This document shows positions 37,696-48,962 of a stretch of 64,000 nucleotides of DNA, one piece after another. A program made the translations under genes and the position numbers. The notes beneath the pieces were generated by a model. It saw only the letters and a program-made list of their open reading frames with translations, was not told the DNA's origin and searched no databases. Numbering within the stretch: the first letter of the stretch is position 1; each line of letters begins with the position of its first letter. The DNA comes from Centroscyllium fabricii (Eukaryota). Location of the stretch: positions 6,386,001 through 6,450,000 of the forward strand of contig JBNRSN020000039.1 of NCBI GenBank assembly GCA_051313645.2, given 5' to 3'.

Positions 37696-38390
37696 GGGCC
37701 AGAATTTCCTGTGCTCCAGAGGAGCTGCACACTCACGAAGGGGGGTCCGAAATGCCCCGTGGGTGTGCAGCACGGTGGATGCCCACGAACGGGAATTTCC
37801 TGTGCTGAAGCTGCAGATAACTCTGTAGGTTTCAGCCTTGAGAAACTGCGAGCCCAGCACAGACTGTTTAATATTCAGCCTCACAAGGCTTCGACAGGAG
37901 ACTTCCCAACATAGATGTGGTAATTTTGTCCCGGACCCGACGCTGAACTTCATTAGTGCAAGAATTGCCTGGGAATATCGGCTGCAAGATGAGAGCCCCG
38001 ATTTGCCGACCCACACTCGCCACTAGTGAGGGTTCATACCAGGAGCAGAGCCTTGCTAAATTACTCCTGGAATTATCAAGCAAAGCACAATCACAGAAAG
38101 TACACAGCAATTTTATTTAATAAATGTATTGCAGCTTTTTCAGCTTCGGAGCCTTTCGTTCTGTGCGTTCTGTGGGGGCGTGTTCACAGAAATCAGACAT
38201 CAGTGGGCGGGGCTTGGTGATAGCCCACGCAGCAAGCTCTACGCAGCAAGACAGGCTACATCGCTACGCAACCCATGAAGCTGCCAAATCGGACAGGAAT
38301 TTTTCGGAAAACAAAGAATTACGTGCGCGTGCGTCACGGGTGTGCATGAGCACGCACCCGCACGAAACGGAGCACAGGAAATTCTGGCCC
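37696..38390. mobile_element. PIF/Harbinger-like MITE
   Basis: Perfect 22-bp TIRs gggccagaatttcctgtgctcc / ggagcacaggaaattctggccc; 3-bp TSD AAT; no coding capacity. Confidence 0.85.
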
Positions 38391-39775
38391 AATGTAAAGT
38401 TGCTAAAAGTAAAGAACGAGCATAAGAAATAAATAAAGAAAGCAGGAAGCAACGAAAGAATAAAGCAAAGAAAGACAAAAAGAAGGAAAGAAATAACTAA
38501 GGCGGTGAGAAATTAGTGCACGAAGGAAGGAAAGAAGGGTGACATAAAGGAAGAATGAAAGAAAGTAGGAAAGCGAGAAGCGAGGAAATGAAGAAAGAAA
38601 GGAAGAAAGACAGAAAGAACGACTGAAAGAACGAAATCAGGCAGGAAGTAAGGAACGAATGAAGAAATAAATAAAGACCAAGGTAAAGAAGGAAATACAT
38701 TTTAAGAAACGAATTAAGTAAGGCAGGAAGGAAAGAATGAAAGAAACAAGAAAGGACCGGACTGTAGTCATTCTGTGCAGCTCTACACTATCTCCAGTCT
38801 ATAATTGTACACTGGCCTGGGCCAGAATCATCTTCTGCCCGTCTACACTTTATCTTGTCTGAAATTGTTCAGTGACTTGGGCTCGAAAACTCTTGTGGCC
38901 ACCAGCATTTTATCCAGTCAAAATTGTACATTGTACAGGGCTGAAATCATCCTGCGCCCCTCTAAAAAATCGTCATTGTAAAAAAGTATATTGGCCTGTG
39001 CTGAATTCCTCTTGTGACACTCTGGAATTGTTTCAGCCTGAAATTGTCCATTTACCGGTGACTGGATCCTCTGCTGCCCCTCTATGCATTCTCTTGACTG
39101 AAATTGTATATTGGCCTATGCTGAAATTTTCCTTTATCGCTCTGCACCGTCTCCAGCCTGAAATCGTACATCGCCCTGGTCTGGAATACACCTGTACAGC
39201 TCTACACTTTCTCCACCATGAAATTGGAACTTGGCCTGGGCTGGAATTCTTCTGAGCACCTCTGCACATATCACAGTCCGAAATTGTACATTGGCCTGGG
39301 CTGAAATTTTCATATGCCCATCTCCCTATCTCCAGTCTAAAATTGTACATTTTCCTGGGCTAGATTCCTCCTGTGCACATCTAAATTAATCCAGTCTGAC
39401 ATTGTACAATGGCACGGCCTGGAGTTCGCCTACCCCCCCTCTATTCTCACAGCAGTCTGTAGTTATGCATTCGCTCGGCTGACATAATCCTGTACCCCGC
39501 TACACTTCCTCATATGTTCAATTGCACATGGGCCTCGGCTGGATACGTCATCAGCCCCTGTAAAATGTCTCCTGTCTGAAATTATACATTGGCCTGGGCT
39601 CCATTACTCCTGTGACCCTCTTCAGGTTCTCCAGCCTGAAATTGTGCTTTGGCCTGCGCAAGATTCCTCCTGTGCCCCGCTACAGTTAATCAATTCTAAA
39701 ATTGTTGATTGGCCACGACTGGATGACTCCTAAGCCACTCTAAATGTTCTCCATTCTGAAATTTGACATTGGGCA

Positions 39776-40126
39776 ATGAAACACAGAAGATAGGAGCAGG
39801 AGTAGGCCATTCGGCCCTTCGAGCCTGCTCCGACATTCAATGAGATCATGGCTGATCATCCAAACTTAGCACCCCCCTCCTATCATATCCCCTGACACAC
39901 CCCAATTCTATGAACTATCATATATCCCACCCTATCCCCGTAACCCCCAGATATTCAATCACCCTAACACTAAGGGTCAATTTATCCTGGCCAATCAACC
40001 TAATCCGCACATCTTTAGACTATGGGAGGAAACCCAAGCAGACACGGGGAGAATGTGCAAACTCCACACAGATAGTACCCGAGGCTGGATTTGAACCCGG
40101 GTCTCTAACACTGTGCCACCGTGCCG
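39776..40126 (-). mobile_element. HE1/V-SINE
   Basis: Same family as 35666-36067, with small internal deletions. Confidence 0.88.
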
Positions 40127-40219
40127 GCCAATGCTGGAATCATGCTCAGTCTTTCAAAACTTTATCCAGACTGAAATTGTTCATTGGCTTTGGCTGGGCT
40201 CTTCCAGTGCCCCTCTACT

Positions 40220-40626
40220 GGACGGTGGCATAGTGGTTAGCACTGTTGCCTCACAGCACTGGAGACCCGGGTTCAAATCCAGCCTCGGGTACTATCTGTG
40301 TGGAGTTTGCACATTCTCCCCGTGTCTGCCTGGTTTTCCTCCGGGTGCTCCGGTTTCCTCCCACAGTCCAAAGATGTGTGGGTTAGGTTGATTGGCCAGG
40401 ATAAATTGACCTTTAGTTTTAGGGGGATTTAATATGTGGGTTTACGGGGATAAGGTGTGATATGTGTCGGTGCAGGCTCGATAGGGATCGAGGGATATGG
40501 GGACAAGGCCGGGACAGGGTGCTGGGTTTGGATGATCAGCTATGATCTCATTGAATGGCGGAGCAGGCTCGAAGGGCCGAATGGCCTACTCCTGCTCCTA
40601 TCTTCTATTTTTCTATGTTTCTATGT
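40220..40626 (+). mobile_element. HE1/V-SINE
   Basis: ggtggcatagtggttagc..ggttcaaatcc..V domain..CR1 tail ending in (tttctatg)n. Confidence 0.9.
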
Positions 40627-40677
40627 TACTCTTTCTCCAGTCTGGGATTGTGAACCAGCCCCGTAGGTTGTACTCCT

Positions 40678-40723
40678 TCCATCGAAGACAGATCAGAGTG
40701 AGCGCAAGTAATGCTGGCTTCAT
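40678..40723 (-). pseudogene. Leader exon copy 10 (MKPALLALTLICLRW), splice donor lost
   Basis: Open leader but the donor reads aggagt; perfect HNF1 at 40809-40821 and TGTTTAC at 40851-40857. Confidence 0.55.
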
Positions 40724-41007
40724 TCTGGATCCTGTTGAATGATATCCCCTGCATGGTTGATGTGCGTGCATTGAATCAGGTTTAGTAATATTTTGCTGCA
40801 CATAATTTGTTAATCATTAACCAATTCTGCTCTATTGATAATTATTTGTTTGTTTACCGTCAGAACGTTCCCTTGACTTCTGCTCCTGAATCTGTTTATT
40901 TTTCCTCGTGATTCATCAGGTTACTTGTTCCTCTTGGCTGTTGTCCATCTAACCCCCATCTCATACTCCGGTATCTCAGAAGAGTAAGCAGAACATGCAA
41001 CGTTGAA

Positions 41008-43030
41008 TCAACCCTGGTTTACAGAAGCATGCAGGAACGCATGTGTGGAACAGCACCAGGCAAACCGAAAAAGGAGATGTCAACCTGGTGAGGCAACAAC
41101 ACAGAACTACGTACATGCCAAACAACAGAAGCAACATGCGATAGACAGAGCTAAGCGATCTCACAACCATCGGATCAAATCAAAGCTCTGCCATGCTGCC
41201 ACGTCCAGTCATTAGTTGTGGTGGACAATGAAACAGTCGGCAGCAGGAGGAGGCTCCAAAACTTGTCCCCAACCTCAATTATGTTGCAGCCCAGCACGTG
41301 AGTGCAAAAGACAAGGCTGAAGCTGTTGCACCTATCTTCCGACAGAAATGCCGTGTCGATGATTCATCTCGGCCTTCAGCTGAGGTACCCAGCATCACAG
41401 ATGCCAGTCTTCAGCCCACTCAATTTACGTTAAGTGATGTTAAGAAACGGCACAAGACACTGGATACTGCAAACGCTATGGGCCCTGAAAACTTTCCGGC
41501 ATTAGAAGTGAAGACTTGCGCTCCAGAACTAACTGTGCCCCTACCCAAGCTGTTACAATACAGCTACAATGCCGGCATCTAGCCGGCAATGTGGAAAATT
41601 GCCCAATATATCCTGTCAGCAAAAAGTAGGACACATCCGACCAGACCAATTACCGTCATATCAGACTACTCTCAATCATTAACAAAGGGATGGAATTTGT
41701 TTTCGAAAATGTTATCAAGTGTCACTTACTCAGCAATAATCTGCTAACTGACGCCCAGTTTGGTTTCCGCCAGGGCCACTAAGATCCTGACCTCATTACA
41801 GCCTTGGGCCAAACATGGACAAAAAAGCTGACGTCAAGAGCTGAGGTGAGAGCGACTCCCCTTGACATCAAGGCAGCATTTGATCGAGTGTGGTATCATG
41901 GAGACTTAGCAATGCTAAAGTCAATGGTAATCAAGGGGAAAACTCTCTATTGGTTGGAATCTTACCTACCAAAAAGGATGTTGGCTGTGATTGTTGGAGG
42001 TCATTCATCTTTACCCCAGGATATCACTGCAGGAGTTTTTCAAGGCAGTGTCATAGGCCCAACCAACTTCAGCTGTTTCATCAATGGCTGTCCCTCCATC
42101 ATAAGATCAGAAGTGGGGATTTTCGCTACAGATTTCACACGGTTCAGCACCATTCGAGACTCGTCAGATACTGACGCATTCCATTTCCATATGCAGCAAG
42201 ACCTGGACAGCATCCAGACTTGGGCTAACCATTGGCAAGTAACATTCCCACCACACAAGTACGAGGCAATGTCCATCTCCAACAAGCGAGATTCTTACTC
42301 TCTCCCCTTGCCATTCAATGGCATTCTCATCGCTGAAACCCCCACTATCAACAGCTTGGCGGTTAGCATTGATTAGTACCTGAACTGCACCAGCCATATA
42401 AACACTATGGCTAAAAGAGCAGGCCAGACCCTGGGAATTCTGCCGCCAATATCTAACCTCCTGATTCCCCGAAGCCTTTCCACCATCTACAAGGCACAAG
42501 TCAGGAGTGTGATGGAATAGTCTCCACTTGCCTATATGAGAGCATCATCAACAACACTCAAGAAGTTCGACACCATTCAGGATAAAGCAGCCCGCTTGAT
42601 TGGTACTCCATCCACCACCTTCAACATTTACTCCCTCCAACACCGGCGCACTGTGGCTGCAGTGTGTATCATCTACAATATGCACTTGAGCCACTCGCCA
42701 ATGCTGCTCCAGAAGAAACTTCCAAAGCCGCTACCTCTACCACTTAGAAGGACAAGGGCAGCAGACGCATAGAACAGCACCACCTACAAGTTCACCTCCA
42801 AGTCACACACCATCCTGACTTGGAACTGTATCGCCACTCCTTCACTTTCGCTGGGCGAAAAACCTGGAACTCCATTCCAGCAAGATTGTGCATGTAGCTA
42901 CACCATATGGATTGCAGCGGTCTAATAAGGCGGCTCACCACCATCTTCGCAAGGGCAATTAGGGATGGGCACTATATGCAAACCTAGCCTACCAGCGACG
43001 CCCACATCCAATCAAGGGATAAAATAAACT
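41008..43030 (+). mobile_element. Degraded CR1/L2-group LINE of a second lineage, RT and 3' end
   Basis: QPWFTEAC, DIKAAFDRVW, ITAGVFQGSVIGP, TTLKKFDTIQDKAARLIG; many stops; inserted into the gttgaatattcc motif of the unit. Confidence 0.8.
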
Positions 43031-44230
43031 AATATTCTATGGGACCGTGACTCTGTCCAGTTTGGAATCATATCAATCTGTGTTAATGCTGCCCAGAAGA
43101 TGGATTCGCACCGTGATGTCCACTCCCCCTCCACCCTGCTTGTAGCTCTTACTTCCCTGTATTCGTAGCATGCCCCCTTTTCGTTTTAGTATTCCTGTCT
43201 TTGGGTTTGCTGACATCTCTTCCCCTGTAATGGCCAATCCCTAGATATCCTGTTTACTGGAATTGTTCATCCTTCTGTCATACAACACATTCCCTTCATC
43301 CTGCTTCCAAGTGTACGTCGGCCTTCTGTGATCTCAGTATTATTCATTTATCTTGGTTTCTTGATATTTCTCAATTATCTTGTCTGTAGTTATAAAACAT
43401 CCTTAATTCTTCTTGTTACTCACCCACGTCGTCTTCATTATGAACCACACACACACCGTAGTTTATTACACAGAATCAAAAGGAAAATACTCAAACGAGA
43501 AATAGAATTTAACCCACCGTGAGAACTGCTCATTATCTCACCCCCCCCACCACTATCAGTGGAACTGATCCCATGTGCCCCCATGTTCATATATCACGTA
43601 TAATATTCAGGAAGCTATTTCCTTTTTTGCAAAACAGCTTTGTATATAAGAAAGATAAAACTATAAAGGAAGAATGAATGAAATAAGGACTGAATGAAGC
43701 AATGATCATTAAGAACGGAATAAAAACGAAACACAGAAAGAAGGAGAGCAAGCATGAAGGAAATAATAGAAAATTCAAAGAAAGGAAGATGATTAGATAG
43801 AAATAAAACAGGAAGTAAGGAATTAATGAAGAAAGAAATAAAGAAAGAAATAAAGAAAGAAAGAAATAAATAAAGAAATAAAGAACGAAAGAAAGAGAGA
43901 AAAAAAGAAATGAAGAAGAATGAAAGTAAGAAAGATGGAAAGAAATATGGAAAGAAAGAAAGAATGACTGAAAGAAAGAAAGAGAGAAAGAAAGAAAGAA
44001 AAAAATGCAGCTTAGGTGAATTGGAGATGCTGAAATTGCCCAGGACTATTTGCGTGATATATATTTCTTAGATTTGTGTGTTTCTGGGTATATAGGGAGA
44101 GGGTAGCAGGGGGTTGCTGAGTTTGGATGATCAGCCATGATCTCATCAAAATGGCTGAGCAAGCTCGAAGGGCCAAATGGCCTACGCCTGCTTCTAACTT
44201 CTGTGTTTTTGTGTTTTTGTGTTTTTGTGA

Positions 44231-44262
<32 letters not shown>

Positions 44263-44509
44263 ACGAACTAAGCAGGAAGGAAAGAATGAAGAAAACAAGA
44301 AAGGACAGGACTGGAGTCCTCCACAGCCATCTACACTTTATCCAGTCTTCAATTGGCTGTTGGCCCGAACTGCCTTACTCCTGTGCCAATTTACACTTTA
44401 AAGAATCCATAACTGTGCATCAGACTGGGCTGGAATTGTCCTGGGCCACTCTATATTTTACCAATCTGAAATTGTATATTGGCCAGGGCTGGCATCCTCT
44501 TGTGCCAGG

Positions 44510-45320
44510 TCAGAAGATTGGCAGATTAACGTGAGTATATGCGAGATAATCCACTTTGGCGACAGAAACAGATAGGCAGACTATTAACTGAATGGAAATA
44601 TATTGGATGACGTGGAAGTGCAAAGTGACCTGGGTCTGTCTGTGCAGCATTCGGTGAAGGTAAGTATGCAGGTGCAGCATGCGATGAAGAAGGCAAATGG
44701 TATGTTTGCCTTCATAGCGGAAGATTTTGAGTACAAGAACAAGGATGTCCTGCTGAAGATGTACAGGGCCTTGTTGAGACCACAGCTTGAGTACTGTGTG
44801 TACCTTTGGTCGCCTTATCTGAGGAAGGATGTTCTTGCCATGGAGGGAGTTCAGATAAGTTTCACAAGGCTGATACCTGGGATGGCAGGAATGTCGTATG
44901 AGGAGAGATTCGATTTATTTGGCTTAAATCGATGGAGTTTAAAAGAATGTTGTGGATCTCACCGAAACGTATACAATTCTGACACCTCTGGACAGCTAGA
45001 TGCAGGAAGAATGTTCCCGGTGATCATAGAGCCCGGAACCTGGGGGCACAGTCTAAGGATATGTGGTAGGCCATTCAGGACAGTGGTGTGGAAGAATGTA
45101 TTCATCCAGAGAGCTCTGAACCTGTGGAAATCTCTACCACAGAATATGTTCATTAAATATATTCAATAAGGAGTTAGATATATAACTTAGATCTCAAGTT
45201 AGCAAGGGATATGAAGAGAAGGCAGGTACGGGGTACTGCGTTTGGATGATCAGGTAGGATCTCATCGAGTGATGGAGCAGACTTGAGGGAACGAATGGCC
45301 TCCTCCTGCTATTTTCTTCA
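44510..45320 (+). mobile_element. CR1 LINE 3' fragment terminating the array (another CR1 tail at ~44080-44230)
   Basis: KKANGMFAFI..LRPQLEYCV.LWSPYLRKD..RALNLWKSLP. Confidence 0.88.
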
Positions 45321-45683
45321 ATGTGACTATGCATCCTCTCCTGGGCGGGCTATTTATTCCCGGATGCAGCTCCTGAGGCTCTGCTGCCCTCCCCAGGAGC
45401 ATGTTTATCCGTTGAGCGTAGACAGTGATTAATGGTCTGATTGAGGCCGCAGAACCAAGACTGATGTTGTCCAAAGCCGCCTTCACACCACACTTTCCAT
45501 TAGATCCTCACATAATCCACAAGAGATGGGGATACTCTCAGAGACCCGATTAATCCGGGTCATTTCCTGCCTGCATGCTTCGTTAAGAGAGTAATCAATA
45601 ATATAGAGGGTTAGTGGGAGATGTCCTGGTCAAAGCACCGTCCGCTGGAACAAGTGCCATCCAGAGCGAGCGTCTTCACCCCA

Positions 45684-45770
45684 CCATAAGGATAGTTGAA
45701 ACTTCGGCCTGACATTCTCTCGCTTCTGCAGCTCTTTGCGCCCTTGAGAAGTGAAACATTCGCTCGTAAT
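45684..45770 (-). pseudogene. NLR-like terminal exon, copy A (frame mismatch, stop lost)
   Basis: Acceptor ttttgcag; reads LRAN then, in a shifted frame, FTSQGRKELQKRENVRPKFQLSL; TGG where copy B has TGA. Confidence 0.5.
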
Positions 45771-46963
45771 CTGCAAAAGGAGTGGCAAGTAGCAATCAAT
45801 TGACAGGGGCTCTGTTCAAATATTTTAGATGAAGTGATATGGAATGCAGTTTAGCATTAGATTATATTATAGAAACTATATAGGTGTCATCAACACTTTC
45901 TGGACAGCATTCAGTCCCGCTCTGTCTCTGTCTCCCTCTTTATATATTTCTGTCTCTCTATTTAACATATCTTTACTTGTACCACTCCCGCTCCATTTCT
46001 CCCTCACTGTGCCTTGCCTCAAATCTGAGACTCCATCTCCCACTAACCCTCTATATAATTTAATTTGTCTATCTCTTCAACTCTAATTCTCACTTTATAT
46101 TCCTCTTTCTCAACCTCTCTTTGCCTCCGCTTCTAACTAGCTCCCTCTCTTATTTTATTCCTTTATCCATCATCCTATTTCTCTATTATTTTCATCTCTT
46201 GGCCTCTTTCTGCCTCTATCACTGTCTATATATAGTTTCCCTCGGCCTCTATTTCTGACTCTGTATTTGTCTCTGTGTTTGTGAGTCACTCTATCTGTCT
46301 AAGTCTCTATCACTGTTTTCCATTTTTTATGTCCCTTCAACCTCTCCGTTTCTCTTTCCCACCTTTCTCTTGCCATGTCTCTGTCATTCTCTCCGCATCG
46401 CTATTTAAGTATGTGTTTGTCTACCACTTTCTCTGCAGTCGACTATGTTACTCTGTCCCTCTCCCTCCCTTATTTCCCATTTATATATCTCATTTTCTCC
46501 TTCTCTTTCTCTAATTCTCCCCATTATCTGTATTTCTCTGTCTGTTTCTCTCCCTTCCTCTATCTCTCTGCTTTGCTCTACATTTCTCTCTTTCACTAAC
46601 TTCCTATCTGTGACATTCGATATTCCCTTCTTTCTATTCCTAACTTCCAAGTAATATTTTTCTTTCTGTATTTGCAGAAGCAGCTGCCCCTATCTTATTT
46701 TTTCTCTCTATCTCTATAGCCTGATAGGTCAAGGGCGTGGCAATGGGAGAGATTTAAAAATAAAAAGAATCAGAGATTGTGCTTTGCATCCCAATATATT
46801 ATTAGAGCCTAAGCTATCATAATGGAATGGAAATGTGCGCTCAGTTATATTAGAAACATGTTCTCGGTTTGTTACTCAAGACAAGATTGATTACAGATTT
46901 TATTTGAGAATTATCCGCAGATATTAAATTAAATGCAAAGCAAAAAATAAACAAATCTCTTAC

Positions 46964-47131
46964 GTTACTTTTTCCAGATTGGCACAGTTCCGTACGAGCT
47001 GGCGGAACTTTTCTTGAGATTTTTCTGTGAATCCATTAAACGAGAGGTGCAGGACTCTCAGCGTTTCTTTCACACAAAGAGCAGAAACAAGTTCCTCACA
47101 GCACTCGTGTGTCAGGTAATTGCTCTTCAGG
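46964..47131 (-). CDS. 168-nt ribonuclease-inhibitor-type LRR exon of an NLR (NACHT-LRR)-like gene, copy A
   Basis: caacag acceptor, gtaaga donor, phase 2-2, 2x28 aa: LKSNYLTHECCEELVSALCVKETLRVLHLSFNGFTEKSQEKFRQLVRNCANLEKV. Confidence 0.8.
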
Positions 47132-48209
47132 CTGTTGGACAATGGATAAGCGAATCAGCGAATGAGATACAGAGGGAGAGTGATAGAAGCAGAGAGATTG
47201 ATACAGAGAGTGAAAATAGATAGAGTGATAGTGAGAGAGGCAGAGAGACAGAGAAGGGGAGAGCGAGACGGTGGAGGGAGAAAGTGACAGAGAGAGAGAC
47301 AGAAAGAGCGGCAGTGAGACACAGAGAATGGAAGAAGGGGGAGGAAAGAGACAGAGAGAGACAGAAAGAGCGGCAGTAAGACAGAGAGTGAGAGAGAAGG
47401 GTGAGGAAAGAGACAGAGAGAGACAGAAAGAGCGGCAGTAAGACAGAGAGTGAGAAAGAAGGGTGAGGAAAGAGAAAGAGAAGGACAAAAAAGCAAAAGT
47501 GAGACAGAGTTTAAGGGAGAAGAAGTGATAGACAGAGAGGGAGAGCGAATGAGAGAGGGAGAGAAGAGATAGGGAGATAGATAATTAAGGGGAGGAGAGA
47601 GAGTCAGAGAGAGGTAAAGAACCCTGAGAGAGAGTGTGGGAGCGAAGAGATAGAGAGCAACAGAAGGTGACATGAAGACCAAGAGATTTAAAGGTAGGCA
47701 GTCACAGTTGGAGGAAGAGAATGGTTGAAAAAATGTTATAAACAAACCGTCCAGGATAAAATGAGGGAGAGAGAAAGAGAGAGAGTGCATGTAACAGTGA
47801 ATAAAAGAAGTAGTTTCAGAAATGCCAGAATAATGATCTACATCCAGAACTAGCTGCACATATAGACAAGATGATCCACTACAGAAAAAAGCATCGGCAG
47901 GAACCCAAAAAAATGCTGGACGAATCCAATCCTCTCAGTCTACTCTCAATCAACAGCAAATTGACCGTCCGCAGCGGTTCAAGAGGTTGTGTCACCAACC
48001 ACGTCAAAAGGGCAAGTAGAGATGTGCTATAAATGCTGGAATTGCCAGCGACGCACACATCCCAGGATAAAATAAAAATAATCTCGCAAGACAATGTCGT
48101 CTGAGAGGCTGTAAGTACAGATGACATGATGAGGACCGAGACACTGCTAAAACGGCTAAAATATTCCATAATAAGAGAGAACAGATGACGTGGACACCGG
48201 CACTGTCAG

Positions 48210-48960
48210 TACAGATATTTCGATGGGTATTGAGACATATACAAATAATGACTCGTTTCGTAAGCCGTCTTTTCAAACAGGTTCGTCATTTGATCCTGAG
48301 AGACGGTTACAACAGGTGACGAAATGGGTGCTGATATATGGATAGAACAATTGAAATCTTGGGTGCTGAGAAGCTTTTAGAAACGGTCGTGCCTTGGGTA
48401 CAGAGAGATTGTCAGAACAGGTGAGACATTGAGTGCTGAGAGACCGTTAGAACAGGTGAAACAATCTGTGCTGAGAGAATGTTAGAGCAGGTGAGCCATT
48501 GGATGCTGAGTGACTGTTAAATCTGGTAAGATATTGAATGCTGAGTAACTGTTAGAATAGCTTTGACATTGGGGGCTGAGAGACTGTTAGAAATGGTGAG
48601 ACAATGAATGCTGAGAGACTGTTCGAATAGTTTAGACGTTGGTTGCTGAGAGACTGTTAAAACAGGTGAGGCATTGGGTGTAGATAGACTGTAATTGGAG
48701 ACGAGTCATTGGGTGACGTGAGACTGGTAGAATAGGTGAGACATTAGGTGTAGAGAGACTGTAATTGGAGGTGAGACATTGGGTGCTGAGAGACGTTTCG
48801 AAAAGGGAGATCTTGGGTGATCCCAGGATAGTTAGAAAATGTGAGACATTCAGTGCAGATAGTCTGTAATAACAGGGGAGACATCGCCTGCTGAGAGTCT
48901 TTTAAAACAGGAGAGATTTCGGGTGTAGAGGGACTGATAGAACAGGGAAAGAATTGTGCA
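48210..48960. repeat. ~35-bp minisatellite
   Basis: Degenerate copies of gagacattgggtgctgagagactgttagaacaggt. Confidence 0.85.
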
Positions 48961-48962
48961 GA

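Larger units (their letters stand above)
1200..44510. repeat. Tandem array of ~11 diverged units (GA microsatellite + 60-bp minisatellite + ~1 kb unique promoter/leader segment)
   Basis: The same order of blocks recurs. GA-rich tracts start near 1270, 4030, 8020, 10370, 14960 (gap), 21740, 25190, 28670, 31400, 37600 and 43640; each is preceded by a variant of atcagatatcctaatcagaaagctatttccctg and followed by 60-bp repeats. Confidence 0.95.
45271..47928. repeat. Segmental duplication copy A (paralogous to 52043-54647)
   Basis: Colinear high identity from gatggagcagac to gacgaatcca, including the CT- and GA-rich tracts. Confidence 0.95.
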
